A stretch of DNA of 64,000 nt, from positions 88,598,001 to 88,662,000 of the forward strand of contig NC_043003.1 in the NCBI RefSeq assembly GCF_006345805.1, written 5' to 3'. This DNA is from Octopus sinensis (taxonomy: Eukaryota). Below are positions 20,102-34,845 of this stretch, piece after piece. The notes beneath the pieces are model-generated. The model was not told where the DNA came from, did no database searches, and saw only the letters and a list, made by a program, of their open reading frames with translations. Numbering within the stretch: the first letter of the stretch is position 1; each line of letters opens with the position of its first letter. The position numbers and the translations under genes were made by a program.

Positions 20102-21473
20102 ATGTCGAATAGACATTTCTATAATTCCAAGTTGTCTAGAAATATGATCGGGTGGGACAACATTTGGTAAATTTGCCAAATCTTAAAAACTATTTCTAAA
20201 ACGTTTCACTAATAACATTAACCATTATTAAAGTATTATTGTCAACAACAGCTGAGGGTTAATCTGTTGTTTATAATGCAGTTTTAGCCGAACCCTTTCA
20301 TATATTCATCTAAAATCCAGGCCTTTATTTTTTATTTCCTTGCATTTTAAAATTTCACATCATAGAAATGAACCTGATATTAAAAAAAGTTGGGTTTCTG
20401 AAGGGAAAGCCGCTTGACCTATCCCCCCGTTTCTGTTAAATATGGACAACTTGTCTGAAGATATCTTTTCTAGTTATAATTGTGCCCTTAGAAAATCTGG
20501 GATTGATTGTAACCCCTACCCCTTTTAACAATGTGACCTCTCAGCTATTCTCTTCATTATTGCATAGAGAAATCTGTAGAATGTCAAAACTTGACTGACA
20601 TCAAATATGATGCTCTTTGACTGAGTTCGAGTTCCGTCACTTGAAAATAATAATGACGTCGACCGTTAATTATTTTCACAAGGATTTAAATGTTTCTCTT
20701 TTATTGTTTTGTTTCTTGAATCAAAGATAGAATAGGTTTAAGCATTCCAGTTAATGAATGAGATTCCATAGACATTGGTTTAGACTTCGATTTACAGGAA
20801 AATTACCATAATGACATAAAAGGCTCGCTATAATAGAATTTAGTTAGGATTTAAGAGAAACGCAGTCAAGAACAAGATCAGTAAATTTTTATTTTAATTT
20901 ACGTGAAAAATTCTCCCTGTAACAAATATCGGATATTCTTTCGTTTTATGATCAGAAAGTGAAAGTAAGTGGACATATCGAACCTATTCCGCAAAATCCT
21001 TAGTCGACGCGTCGAATTCGCACCACACCCACTTTTTTTCTCTCGGAATTTTTCCATTTTGATCATAAAATGAACGAATACCACACTTCGTTCAGCATTG
21101 GTGAAACATCGTCATTCAGTGGGTACAGTAGTGTTTAATGACCAGAGAATTGTTCAGTTGTTTTATTAAATTTATATCGGAACAAGGACAAAGCCAAAAT
21201 AGAATAATTTTGCATCTAGTGAAAGTAAATAATGGAAAATATTTTCATAATTCAATTTCGAGATGGGTGGAATCTATAATTTTTTCAGAGTTGAGTATTT
21301 TATCTGTTAGTGACCAGACCTCTTTTGCTTGACCACTACAACCGGAATATTTAGCGCAGTACACATGAACTTGTCTACAACATTCCAATAATTTTTACCT
21401 TTACTGATTTTGGCCATCAACTATAAAAAACAAATTTCAAATATATATATATATATAATATATATATATATTC

Positions 21474-21514
<41 letters not shown>

Positions 21515-21519
21515 TTTGT

Positions 21520-21690
21520 CATTAAACTGCGTCCATGCTTTGGAGAAATATAGTCGAACAAATCGACCTCAATATTTATTTTATTGGTACTTATTCTATA
21601 GGACCTGTTGCGAACCGCTAAGTCACGGGGACATAAACACACTAACACGGGTTGTCAAGCGGTTATGGGGGATAGATACACACAGTATAA
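21520..21690 (-). mobile_element. Degraded SINE family A, 3' half
   Basis: GCGAACCGCTAAGTCACGGGGACATAAACAC...GGTTGTCAAGCG. Confidence 0.7.
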
Positions 21691-21947
21691 TTTCCAATAT
21701 ATAGTTAGTTATTACTCTACTAAATGTATGTGTGTGTGTATGTATATATATATAAATATATATGTGTGTGTGTGGTGTAATTTCCAGTATATAGTTATAT
21801 TCTAAAATAATCGTATATCGTTGTCATTATTGTACTATATATATAATATATATATATATTATATATATGTAATATAAATTTATATATATATGTGTGTATA
21901 TATATATATATATGTGTGTGTGTGTATATATATAGCTATATACTAAA

Positions 21948-21981
<34 letters not shown>

Positions 21982-24900
21982 TTTAGTACATAGCTGTCAT
22001 TATTGTTCTAAAAATTATCTGGTTGTTTATAACACTAACTCTAACTTGTAGAAGCCAGTGCACTGCCGAAGCAAATTCCTCAGTTGATCATAAGTGTGTT
22101 TGTTGAAACAGAATGTATGAGAAATTTTCTTCTGTCAGTAAATTAGAGAGAGGTTGCCAGAACGATTTATATACATAGGCAGTTTTCAACAGCCCTAACA
22201 CTGTAGTTTTCCTAGCATTAAATTTTAACTGAATGTAGGAGTCACTCGAAAATAGCAAATTCATTCTTTCTCAGAAAGTAGATCATAACTGCAATAAGTA
22301 GGGTAGTACTAGTTAAAATTTTTATTTTTCTCAGAATGTTTTTACTGTATTGGTTATAAATAATCCAATCCTATGCTGTTTTGAATTTGGGAAATTTATG
22401 CTACTGACAGAATCGGAAAGTCTGATGAATAGCAGCATTCCCCCATTGCTTTGGATGATTTCTCCCCCTTTTTTACTCTTATCAACAGTTGTTTCACGGT
22501 GTCTCCAAAAATATCGTTATTTGTGAGAGTCTGTATGAAAGTAATTGTTCCACAAATAATTTAAGGACGTAATTAAGATAAAAGAAGGCATTATAATAAA
22601 GAAACCTTGAAATAAAATATAAATTGTGTGTGCGGGTGTCATCTCAGTACTTTCCCCAGTATTCCTTATATTTTAAATGTAGCAAGTAACAACATACTTT
22701 CAAAGTTGCTTCCTTTGGCTAATTAAGATACAGTTAAGATATTTAAACTTATTTTTCATTTTATAATTTTACTTCATTTTTAAATATGTTATTTTTCAAA
22801 TAACTTAAGATGTGTATTTGAAATTTTATTTAATAAATCTTAAGGCAATAATCCATATGTACTTTTAAACTTTTCATAGTATTCATATTTTGTACTCCTA
22901 TTGTGTTAACATTTTAAATTAAATTTCCATTTTTCTCCATTGTTTGTATTTTCTTTCACTTCATGTTTCCGATAAATTTCAAAGAAACTTTGTTACCTGC
23001 AAATATGCTTTAGCTGGCACGAATTCAGTTGATTATAACCCTAGAAGATGTAAAAGCAAGTGGCCACATACTTTTGTATTTACAGCATGTTAATTGACAG
23101 AAACGTTTTTTTCAGCTATAAACAAAATTATGCGTCTTCCAGAAGTATAGTGTAACGAAATCATGCCCACTAAAACATAGTCATGGGTTCAAAGGGTTAA
23201 ACCTCATTGTTTCAGGTTTTATTCATGTATTTATAGTTGTGTGGTTGTGATTGTTAGAGACTCTTATGAAATTTTTTCCTGAGAAATATAAAAGATTATA
23301 TATTTTTGTTTTTAATCTAAAAAGAAAAATAATGCAGATAGGGGAAATTCTATTTCTGAAACAAAATATGATTCATGACTGGAGAATCAGTTCTCTCCGA
23401 ATCTGAAATTCTAATTTATGTCTTTTTATAATTGCAGTCAAAGCTACAAAAAAAAAAAAAAAAGTAACGTTTTAAAGACCATTTCTTTTGGAAAAAATAA
23501 GGGTTTTCAAGCAATCAAATATATTGTCTGTGAATGCAAGCAGTCCAAAGGAGAAATTGTGTATGTTATGTCAACTGCTTATATTTGCACACACACACAC
23601 GTGTGTGAAGTGCTGCAAATAAACTGATCAATTCGGTCTCTTTAAAAACAGTGTTTATGATTTAATCTCTATTCTTTTGCTGGTTTTGGTCATTGAACTA
23701 TGGTCATTCTGAGGCATCACTCCAATTTCTTTAAAACTTTTAATTAAAATTAATCATTTGAGTTTTAAGTCTTCTAATGTATAAAATTGGTTTCTATAGA
23801 AAAGCTCCCAAATGTATCATAATGATATTGTAGGAACATTTGAATTAAGCTTTACTTAAACAGTAAATAATACCTCACATTAAAGCTTTTGGTAGTATCA
23901 AGTGTTGGGAGTCTACCTCAGTTTTATGTTACATTTAGTAATGAATGTAGTTCACTCCTAGCTAATTGAAGGTAACAATCTATCTTCATAAATTCATCCT
24001 TCCATATCCCTTAAAGTCTTTCATCCAATAAACAGTTTAGTGGTTAATAAATAAGCAGCTGTGCTGGTAACCTAATACATAGGAATGATTCTCTATCTGG
24101 AAACTCCACAGTGACAAGACTTTCATGCATCTACCTCCTTAACTATAATCCAAGTGGTTCTTGAAGCTAAGCTATTATAACTTACTTTTAACTAACTTCT
24201 CTCTCATGCACAACAAACCTATAGTCCTCTCTCTATACTATCTTGTACATATATCCACTAGGGATGGGAATTTCTGTGAGTGAAGACTGATTGTCCTTGT
24301 TATCTCTACAGCTATGATATATCACTGACTATCAATTATCCATGTTTAGTTTTCACTTTCAATTTTCCCAAGAATAAAAATGATAATGAATGATCTTATG
24401 ATCTGCTGTCTCTCTTATCAGAGACCAGTAACTTTTGCAGAGTAAAGTCAAATCAAATGAGACTACTTAATTCACATACCAAAGGTCTCTTGTTTTGAAA
24501 ACTTGGGTGAAAATAGGTTCGTAATCTTGTCATCAGCAAAAGTCTTAACTGATATCTAACAACAATTCCTGCTAAGAGGTTTTACCACATGTCTGATAAC
24601 ATGAATTAGAAGCTTTCTCAATTTCAGTTTACTTCAAGGATGTGTAGTCTCTGTCAGGGCATGCTTCTGTGAAATTATGTTATACTATCCTCTTCTACAT
24701 GACTCAAATGTCATGTAGCCTCAGTTCTTGGCACATTGGTCTTAACCAAATTTCTGATTGTGCAACTCAAAATATAATCATGCTATTGATTTCTTGAATA
24801 TCCATCACTTACCCTGTAAATACTTTAGCCTTTTTTAAAGTTTACTACAGCTATTTGACCATTGCTAAGATATATCCTTTCCTGTTTGTAAACCACTTCC

Positions 24901-25242
24901 ACCTAAACTAATTTGTTTTACATACCTCTACCTTCATTCAATCCTAACCCAGTCAGTATTCTTCAGAACTGCATTTTCCTGAAACTCCCCTCCCAACATC
25001 TGATTTTAAATATTAACTGTTATTTCCCTTGCTCTTAGATAAGAATTTGGTGCATATGCTCTGACACCAACCTATTTCATTAACCTCTTTTGTTTGGACT
25101 ACATTTATTCATATGACTAGGAATTTTTCATTTGCTTTTTACTCAAAAATTGAACAATACATGGTATAAACTCTAAACTTCATACTTCATCCAAACTGCT
25201 TTTTTCATTACATCTAATTATATACACATTGACTATACATTC

Positions 25243-25340
25243 ATCATCATCATCATCGTCGTTTAGCGTCCGTTTTCCATGCTAGCATGGGTTGGACGGT
25301 TCTACTGGGGTCTGTGAAGCCAGAAGGCTTCATCAGGCCA
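25243..25340 (-). mobile_element. RTE extreme 3' end
   Basis: (CAT)n CGTCGTTTAGCGTCCGTTTTCCATGCTAGCATGGGTTGGACGG. Confidence 0.85.
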
Positions 25341-28300
25341 TCAAGTGATTTTCAATCTTTTTTAGACTGTTTGTATAAATAACCACAGAACCCTGTTATC
25401 CTTATTCCTAAATTACCATCTGCTTCACATTCTTTTAATCAAAATTTCCTCTCAGAAAATTTAGGCCTTAATTATTGTTTTTGTATAGCTCTTACCCTAT
25501 GACACTTCACTGTTTTTTTGGAACTTGTGAATGCATGCTTTCCAAAAATGGTGTGTTATTGGCAATAATTTCACAGTCTACATACTGAGCAAAGTAAGCC
25601 TTACTAATTTTGCTCTGTGAAGGTTTCTGTCACTTTGTTATGTTCCCCACAACCCCTTTTGATTTCAGATTCTGTTTCCAGTTTTCATGCTGCAGTACTT
25701 CCCATTGATTCAGCACTGACAACTAGGCCATACTTAAGTTGGACTCTGCCATAAGGGCCTGGAGAAGCAGTATGAAAAGTAGAAGATACCTTTTTGTACC
25801 TCAGATTTTTCACTGTACGTATTAACTCTGACCTGATTTCTCAGAATTAACTAATGGCTTTTGCACAATATTTGCCCATGTCTTGCATCTAGACTTCTGT
25901 TCAATACTAAGCAGAAAATGTTTGAAACACTCTAAGAGTGATTGTAGACTTGTGACAGTAAACTAGTTCTAATTGATGTTCATCAGATTTAGTTATACCA
26001 ATGAAGCTACTAAGTCATTTAGCCAGTACTTGTGGGCAAATTATATTTCTAATCCATGCAGAATACATAATATATGCCTTGACTACTTGTAGGTAAGCTA
26101 GCCTCAATAATATCATTTTGTAATCTTAAACCAATTTCTTAGTCACTCATCATATTTTATTATATATTTTTGGTTCTTCTTCCTCTTTATGGTAACCAAA
26201 TATTTCTTAATTTTTTTCTTCATATTCTTGCACAATTTGGAAACTGTTACCAATCTAACTTTTAAGTTACTGCAAACAGAATGTTCAACATTCAAGACTG
26301 AGAAAAGATTTGCTTTACTATTTGGTATCCAGTTGTTCTCTTTCACTGGTCGCTGTACATTTAGCATACTGAGTAGTAGCCTTTTGTCATTACAACTATT
26401 GTGCTAACAACTTCACTATCGGCATCAATTTAACATCCAGTTTTCCATGTTTGCATGGGTCAGACATAATTTATTGAGGATACCCTTCCAGACACTAACC
26501 CTCATCTGTTTCCAAGCAAGTTATTTCCTTGTGGTATGACACTTGTATGATGATGATACTCATTGACAACTATCGTGATATCAAGACAAGGGTACACATA
26601 TATACATACATGTTATTTCAAGTAGTAAAAATATTATGAACATCTTTTTATAATCAATTTTCTACTGTTGATTCAGTTGGTCAGATATAATTCTTAATAG
26701 ACATTTTTTCTCAATGGTTTTGTGTTTTTTTAGTGGCCTTCACATAGGCACTGTTGAAGATCATGGAAAATAGACATAAAATATAAATTGGTGAAACGAT
26801 GTTCAATAGAGTAATCTTTTCATAATTCAAAAAAGTGTTCTATGAAGGTGTTAAAAGTCTGAAAATCTTGAATATCAATGCATATAGATTAATTACTAAA
26901 AATTTTTTTTTTGTTAGCAGCCTTCTCTTAACCAAAGTGTTCTTCAAGAAAATTGCACTTGCACTATGTTGATATTAACAGTGTTGTTTTACACTCAAAT
27001 AACTATCTGAGATTACATTCCACTTGCATCTGTTTTGCTTTCAGCTTTATATATTCATTCCTTATTGGAATTGGAGCTTTTTATGAAATTTACTTCTATT
27101 ATTATCATCATTATCAGATTCATAAAATTACTTTCTATATAAAATCGGGATGCTTTTTATATTTGTTTTGAAACTTCAATTGTAGTAAGTTATCTGAAAA
27201 TTTGTATTCAGTTTAAGAAATAAATGTTAAGAATACCCATCTTATTTTTTTCCTTTTCTCTCTTCTTTTTTAGATCACAGAAGATCATAAGTGCTGTCAT
27301 TTGATGGGACTACAATTCACCTTCTTTCTTGTGAGTGATGATGCAGGATATTTTAATGAGACTGACAACCAACCCCAATTATTTATGTTTCACAAATAAT
27401 TGTTTTAGTCAGTAAATTGTATAGGATTCAAAGTCAACAGTTTTAGTTTTTAAGTGTAGCAATATTAACAAGTCACTCTGTTGGTCAATGTATGGAGTCA
27501 CTTCAACTTGTTTTTGGGTGTTGAAGAGAGAATTTCTTGTTTTCTTAAAAATGTACTCTTAAACTTACTAAGATAGTTAAAAGTTTCCTTTTTTGACTTT
27601 AAGGTTTGGAAATAGGTAAAAGTAAGTTTTATTGTTGACTGTAGCATACTTCACAAATATAAAGATTAAAGAATATGAAAATTAGATCTCTGTTGATCTG
27701 AGGTTAAAATTCTGGATCATGTAAGTACCTAACTTATTACAGCTACTTTGATATACTCGGAGCAAAGCTTTTAAGTTTACCTGCTAGCCTTTCACTCCTT
27801 TGTTTACGGTTGTGTTGATAGTTCTAGGAGAACATCCAGCTGTAAACAACTATTGCTCTAATGCAAAAAAAAAGAAAAAACTATCTTTACACTCATCACT
27901 CTACACACCAGTCATTATGATGGATTGTATATAGTATACCAGATCCGACTGAAGTATGGCATATACTGCCAAACATTCAAATGACCAAAATTTTAATCTA
28001 ATCTATGCTAGCATTGATAAATTAATGCTGTAAAATCCTTAGCTCTTTGAGGAATATTGTCCATATCTATCTAGAGAAGCAATGAAAACTACACAGTGGT
28101 GTGCTCTCTAAGCAGTATCCAGTAATAGATGCAGTGCATTAGAATATTTGGAAATATCTTCTATTAAAACCTTGATAACTATCTTCTCTAACTTCCCATT
28201 ACAAAGTAAGTTGTTGCCTTTAACTTTATTAAACTTGACATTAGTATTTTATATTTCTTTTGACCATTGTTTGATAGCTATAATCGTTGGTTGCCATTTA

Positions 28301-28839
28301 ACCATGACATATTTGTATGTATATATATATATGTGTGTATGCATTACCATCATCATTTAATGTCATCATTCAAGCACAGTAGTGGTTGAATAATATTCTT
28401 AACGTAGTTTTTTTGTTGCAGTCCACATCTTCCAAGCAGTCTCACTAATTCAGTTTTAATTGAAATCAAATTTAGTTTTTTGAATTATGTTTGACTCGTC
28501 ATAAGCTACATTTAAACATAAAATACTTAAAATCTGGTGCAGTAGAACAACAGTTAAGAGAAAAATTGTATAGACAAAACTGGTTGACTGATGGGTAGTA
28601 ATGCCCAACATCGACACTTTGAATCCACATCATTCTTTTAATTTTGATTAAGAATTTTACCGGTGAGTGTGTTAAATTATAAGGCACAAAAAGAAAATGA
28701 CTCTCCCCAGACACAACAGAATATGCTTCAACACACGAACTCATATAAAGAATCTTGCAAACCAAATCCCAAAACGAAATATGATTAAGAATTATTATAT
28801 TAATATTAATATGAAAGAGAAATGTTAAAGGAATATATT

Positions 28840-29340
28840 GGTAAAGGTTTGTTTATAGTCTTAGCATATGACAAATGGACAAGGAACTGGGTTCTCTCCA
28901 AGGTGAATGGCAAGTTAGGCTTTGCTTGGAGCCAGCTTTATTCTGGAGATGAGGACACAACTGCCAATTAGTGAGCTGTCAATCAAGTAAGCCTCGATTC
29001 AGTGTTGATGCATGGCCACCACTTCCAGTCTTGTACTATTGTAGAGTCCATTCTGGATAGAAATATTATGAAGAAGCATTACTATTGAGCCAGGTTTTAA
29101 ACTCAATTAATGAGGAGGGATTCCTGATGGTGTCAAAGAGTTTAGAAATTCAAGTGGATAGCGCTCAGTCTCAGTAGGATCATTTGTCAAAACTTTACCT
29201 ATATTATAATAGGTGTGGCAGTCAGCTGGAAGTTGTCTCAAAACTTCTTCATTGATCAGGAGGCAGTCTGAGTTCTTTGATGAAAGAATTACTCTGCTTC
29301 TTCTCTCTTCCTCAGATGTTGAAGATATCATCCATTATGC
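28840..29340 (-). mobile_element. Helitron RepHel helicase (Pif1-like) fragment
   Basis: INEEVLRQLP...YPLEFLNSLTPSGIPPH*LSLKPGSIVMLLHNISIQNGLYNSTRL...ISRIKLAPS, then after a frameshift PFTLERTQFLVHLSYAKTINK. Confidence 0.88.
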
Positions 29341-29359
29341 ACTCGTAAAAAAAAAATTC

Positions 29360-30630
29360 CTCCACATTTTGAGTAACATTTGATTTCAATGTCAAAATTT
29401 GTTTCATTAGATATATAGATAAAAATCCCATCCCTGATTTACAGTTTACACATATCTATACATGTATGTATAGATGCACATACAGAATGTCACACATTCA
29501 CACACACTCACTTTCTATCACTACTCTCTCTCTCCCTCTCACTACCTCTTTGTCCCCCCTCAGTATTGAAAAGTAAAAGTAACATCAAAAATTTGCTGTG
29601 GTTATTTCTCTTTGATTCAACGATCTGTCAATGTATTTATCTATCTACTTGTGTTCCATATAGATATGTGTCTATCTATAAACACACAGAAAATGTCACA
29701 CCTTCACACACACACACACACACTTTCTCCCACCACTGTCTCTCCCTCTCCATCTGACTCTGACTCTTTCTCTTTCACTACCTCGCTGTTCCTCCGCTTA
29801 TATATTATATGAAGAGTGTAACAGTTGGACGAACTAACTAAAGAAGGAACATTACCATGACAACTGCACATTGTATCTGGTTGTGTGCACCCTCGAAAAG
29901 AAACCTCCACATTTTAAGTAACATTTTATTTCAATTTCAAAATTCATCATCATTTAGCGTCCGCTTTCCATGCTAGCATGGGTTGGATGGTTCAACTGGG
30001 GTCTGGGAAGCCAGAAGGCTGCACCAGGCCCAGTCTGATCTGGCAATGTTTCTACAGCTGGATGCCCTTCCTAACGCCAACCACTCCGTGAGTGTAGTGG
30101 GTGCTTTTTACGTGCCTCCGGCACAGGTACCAGACGGGGCTGGCAAACGGCCACGGTCAGATGGTGCTTTTTACGTGCCACCGGCATATTTTTCCACAGC
30201 AGATTACTTTTGAATAATATTTGATTTCAACTTCAAAATTTGTTTCATTAGATATATAGATAAAAATCCCATCCCCAATTTACAGTTTACACATATCTAT
30301 ACACGTATGTATAGGTGCACACACACACACTTTCTGTCACCACTCTCTCTCTCTCTCACTACCTCTTTGTCCTTCCTCTATATTGAAAAGTAAAAGTAAC
30401 ATTGAAAATTTACTGTGGTTATTTCTCTTTGATTTAACAATCTGCTGATGTATTTATCTATCCACTTGTATTCCGTATAGATATGTGTCTATCTATCTAT
30501 AAACACACAGAATGTCACACTATCACCACTATCTCTCCCTCTGACTCATTCTCTCTCACTACCTCTCTGTTCCTCCTCTTATATATTATATGAAGAACGT
30601 TACGGACGGACAAACTAGCTAAGGAAGGAA
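29360..30630. repeat. Direct duplication of about 450 bp (about 29360-29860 and 30205-30630) separated by an RTE 3' end
   Basis: AAAATTTGTTTCATTAGATATATAGATAAAAATCCCATCCC...TATTGAAAAGTAAAAGTAACAT...CTTATATATTATATGAAGA occurs twice. Confidence 0.85.
29945..30185 (-). mobile_element. RTE 3' UTR fragment
   Basis: CATCATCATTTAGCGTCCGCTTTCC...GGATGCCCTTCCTAACGCCAACC. Confidence 0.9.
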
Positions 30631-33049
30631 TAAGCAGATTATAATATGGTTCAATATTTTATTTATTTAAAATAAAGTCATTAAATTTGTATCCTCATTT
30701 ATTTTTTTCATTTTAAAAATTCTTTAAATATATTCATTTGTAACTTCATCTCTGTACAGTACCGAAATTTTATTAATATGAAAGAGAAATGTTAAAGGAA
30801 TATATTGGTAAAGGTTTCGTAATATTTTATCCATTAGCAAAATAGATATTTAATTTTTAATTCTCAAACTTTTATCAATTTTTGCTAATTCATTTTATAG
30901 TAAATAGAATATGATCATGTGTAGCATTGTCTCTATGAGCAGTGCTGAAGTCTGTAGTATGTTCAGAAAAAGTAAATGCCACTTGTTATTATATTCTATT
31001 CAATATTAATTTATTTAAGATAAAGTTATTTTCTTAAATTTGTATCCTCATTTTTTTTTTTGATTATTTTAAAAATTCTATAAAATATATTCATTTGTAA
31101 CTTTTGCAAAGTTGCAATGATTATCATTCATTTTTAATTTAATTTCTAAATGAGAATTAGTAAAATGGAAAAATCAAAATTTTGTTTGAATTTTCTTGAA
31201 AATTTTTGTATTCAAAATGACTGTTAAAAATTGTAACAGTATTCTTAATTAAACCTGGAAAAGTAGAGGACAAGAAAAAAACTCATTAAAAATAGAGCTT
31301 AAATATTGCTGCTAAAATTAAATTTTATATATATGTTTTTTACTAAGTAAGTAGTCTATGGTTTAAGATAAAAATACCTTGTAGGTACTTTTTCATATTT
31401 TTTAAAAATTCAATTAATTTCACTTTTCCTTTTTTAATTTAGTTTTAATTTTTTGTACTAAATGAATTAGTAAACAGTATAAAATTTTAATTTTAGTAAC
31501 AAATTTTAGTTGAACAACAACTGAACATTTTAAAAGGTATCTGAAATTAGTTTTCAGTTCTGATGACATCATGGCTCTTTAACAACAATCAAACTAATGT
31601 TTGATAGTTAAAATTGATGGAATAATTAAAAGGTGAATAGAGTTTCAGAAGGCCTTTTCTTCTAAACAACTGTATAAAAGCCCTTACTATTTCACTTAAA
31701 TTTAAGCTATATGTGAAAATTGGTTTTGGTACTTGATGAAGTATCTTTAGATTAATATAAAGACTGGATTTAGTATTTGATAACATGGACAATACCATGC
31801 TATAATTTGGTACACTAAAGAAAGCAGATTCAAACATTAAAACAAATATCGCTAACAGCTTGGTTTTTCTTAAACAGGAATATGAATGATTAAAAGGCCT
31901 ATTACCTTTTCAATTTTTAATTCCAGTTTTTCATTATTTTGTCTTTAGAATCTCAATACTTCTGTAATTCTAAGATTGTTATTAAATACATTAGTGCAGA
32001 TCATAAAGTTAACCGTCATTTAAGATGTAAGAGAGGGTAACCAAGAAAATGTTTTCTTTATAGAAAGACTGGTAATTCTATGGTAATGAAAGTAATAACT
32101 TAGTTGAATACACTGTTAGATGTGCAATGTAAACCTGAAGGAGATACAGTAAATATGGTTGTTGTGGAAAAGTAACTGAGTTTTAGGGAATTCTCTTGTA
32201 GATTATAAAGATAGCCGATATGGGTGTGTGTAATGGGTACACAGAATCAACTTTGGATAGGGTATTTAAATCAACTTGTAAGACTTGATAGATAACAGGA
32301 AAAGATTGACTAATAACCAGAATGTTGTTTATCATATATATATTCCCTGAATTAAATAACATTGTGAACTTGTGGATTTCTTGGATGAGTTAGTGGAGTT
32401 TTGTTATCTAAGTAGCAATTGTAGTGAATTTAATGAATATATTGGTTAAGTTTTGAAGAGCGTAAAACGAAAGATCTTTTAGCTCGTTTCTCAAGAAAAG
32501 ACAACTATTTGTTGTATAATGTTTTTGAATGTACAGTACAAGTAAAATGAAAAAAAGCACTCAGCATCATAAGTGTCATTTAGTAATGAAAGATTGATGT
32601 AAATTTGGACAAATGTATAGGAATGATGCATGCTGGCATTAAAATGTTCTTTAGTTATTGCATGAGAGTGCTTTCAGATGTAGACAATGGAAAGTTTGGG
32701 AAGTAGTCAAATCATTCTTTAAATATTGAGTTTCGCAAATGGCATCATAAAATTAACATGTTGTATATTGATCACTCCAGCATTACCCAAGGCAATGTGG
32801 AAAAACAAGTCCTAACAGATGATGGTGCTTCAAAATTACAAAGTAAGTATTCTAACAAATTTTTTGGTTTGCAAAGATGGCATATTTCTTCTTGAAAATT
32901 TAAGTTATTTTCTTATGGATTGTTGGAATGTTCCAAGTTTCTGTGTCTCTTTTTAATAAAAGATATATAACCTGATTATGTCTTTTTCTGTTTTTTTTTT
33001 ATAATGTTCTCTTCACTTTTGAGTACATTATGTGTGTTTTTGTATATAT

Positions 33050-33190
33050 ATATGTGTGTATATATATATATGTGTGTATATATATGTATATGTGTGTGTA
33101 TATATATATATGTATATGTATATGTGTGTGTGTGTATATATATATATATGTGTGTGTGTATGTATATATACACACACACACACACACACA
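33050..33190. repeat. Compound (TA)/(TG)/(CA) microsatellite, representative of many in the window
   Basis: Direct reading; similar tracts near 4981, 9725, 17190, 20047, 21440-21980. Confidence 0.95.
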
Positions 33191-33261
33191 TATTGCTGTT
33201 GTTTAGCAGATAGTGTCTCAGTGATATCCTGCAAACACTGAAAAGGCTGCCTGTGTTGATC

Positions 33262-33440
33262 TTAACCCTTTAGCATTCAAATCACTCTGTCAGATGTAAG
33301 ACTTATTTATTCATATTGTTTTAAATTAAACATTTATCAAGATCTTGATGATGTAATTGTTTATTTTTAAGATGACTGGCTGGTTTGAACATAAAACAGA
33401 TAGAATACTTGGGCTTGATATGGCTTAGAGGGTTAAACTT
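33262..33440. mobile_element. Degraded short MITE with TTAA/CCCT termini (piggyBac-type ends)
   Basis: TTAACCCTTTAG...TAGAGGGTTAA; a similar degraded element near 23030-23200. Confidence 0.45.
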
Positions 33441-34845
33441 CTATTTTCTTCTGAGATAGTCTGTCAATGTCACTTTTCCTGTGGGGAACTTTATGTCGGG
33501 GTCTTGCAAATGTAATATGCCTAAGAATTTGTTATCTCCCAATACTAATCCTTTGGCAGTCAGTTTTACTTTCCAGCCTTTCAATGCTTTATGAGCGAGT
33601 GAACAAATGAAAGTAGCACTCAACACATTTCATTGGAGTTACATGCTTTTTTTATAGTTTTCTCAGCTTCACATTGCTTGAAGTTTGATGGGCATAGATG
33701 TCCTTCTCAGATTTGGGAGGGAGAGAGAGTCTGTCTCAGAACATGTGATGGGCTGGACATGTCCTACACCCATGAAACTTGAAGTAATGTAAAACTGATT
33801 CAAAGTATTATTAAATAAAGTATGTTTTAGCAATATACTCAAGTCATTAGCTGTGCAACCTGATTTATAATGAAGCAGTAGAGTATCTATTGTATTACCT
33901 GTTGCTTAGAACAATAGGGCAACATTTTTATGTATAGATACAAAACAGGGGCTTCAAATTGATATAGAAAGTGACATTTGTAGAAATGACTAATGAAGAC
34001 TTTGAAAATAAATCAAAGCTAAAATCATGAACATTAAGGATTAAGTGATAGGGAGAGATGCTATATTGTAAATTCTGTGAGTGGTAAATTTTCTGGGGTT
34101 TGGGTTGACATTTTGCTGGTGCAAATTACTCTAAATGTCTGGATTGTTGTTATTAAAAATTACAGTTAAAATATATTTTTAACTCATACTATTCAAGGTG
34201 TTGCTTACTTTCTGTGAGTGCTAAATTTTCTGGAGATTGGGTCGACAGTTTGCCTGTGGTTTCTTTGTTAACCAGGATAAACTCTGCATACCCATTTGAT
34301 TTTGTAGCCAAAGCTAATGTATGTAGAAGAATGATGTATCTAGCCTCATGATTCTAATGGTTTTCATGGATTGTTACATCAAGTAAATGTGGCTCAACTG
34401 TCAAATAGTGATACATTTATATAGAAGCCCTTGCTGGAGTAAATATCTTAATTCTGTAGCCAATGGGATTGTTCAGGTGTGATGAGAATGACCTAACACG
34501 TTTACCCTTAGTATGAGGGCTAGAGATAGATGCTTCTGAGATGTCACTTGGTAACTGTTTTGTACCATCACACATTCTAAAGTAATAAAATTTACTGGTG
34601 AACTCGGTCTTTCAATCTGTGACATTGACACATTTGGAAGAACTGGATCACTCACAAAGAACTTATTGTCATTGTTGATATCCCATCTTGCCAAAGTATC
34701 AGGTGATGCTTGTGAGAGTATCTTTTCCTCAGTTATCCATGGGAATGTCAAGTATTTTGGGCTTCCTTAAAAGGTTTTAGAGGAAATCCTCTGTTGTGTA
34801 TGTAACATTTTGACAAATGTTATTGTTAACCATTTCATCATCATT

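Noticed and set aside
24000-26100. Possible very old LINE (an FADD-like motif on minus near 24545); similar hints at 31600-32450
   Set aside because: Too degraded to assign a family or boundaries by eye
26143-26407. Overlapping 72-74 aa ORFs on both strands
   Set aside because: No recognisable homology or convincing splice context
29795-29860. TCTTCATATAATATATAAG on the minus strand as a Helitron 5' terminus
   Set aside because: Similarity between the two duplicated blocks continues about 40 bp past the TC and the preceding base is not A, so the terminus is not supported
4856-33241. Numerous YIYIYI / CVCVC / HTHT ORFs
   Set aside because: Translations of (TA)n, (TG)n and (CA)n microsatellites
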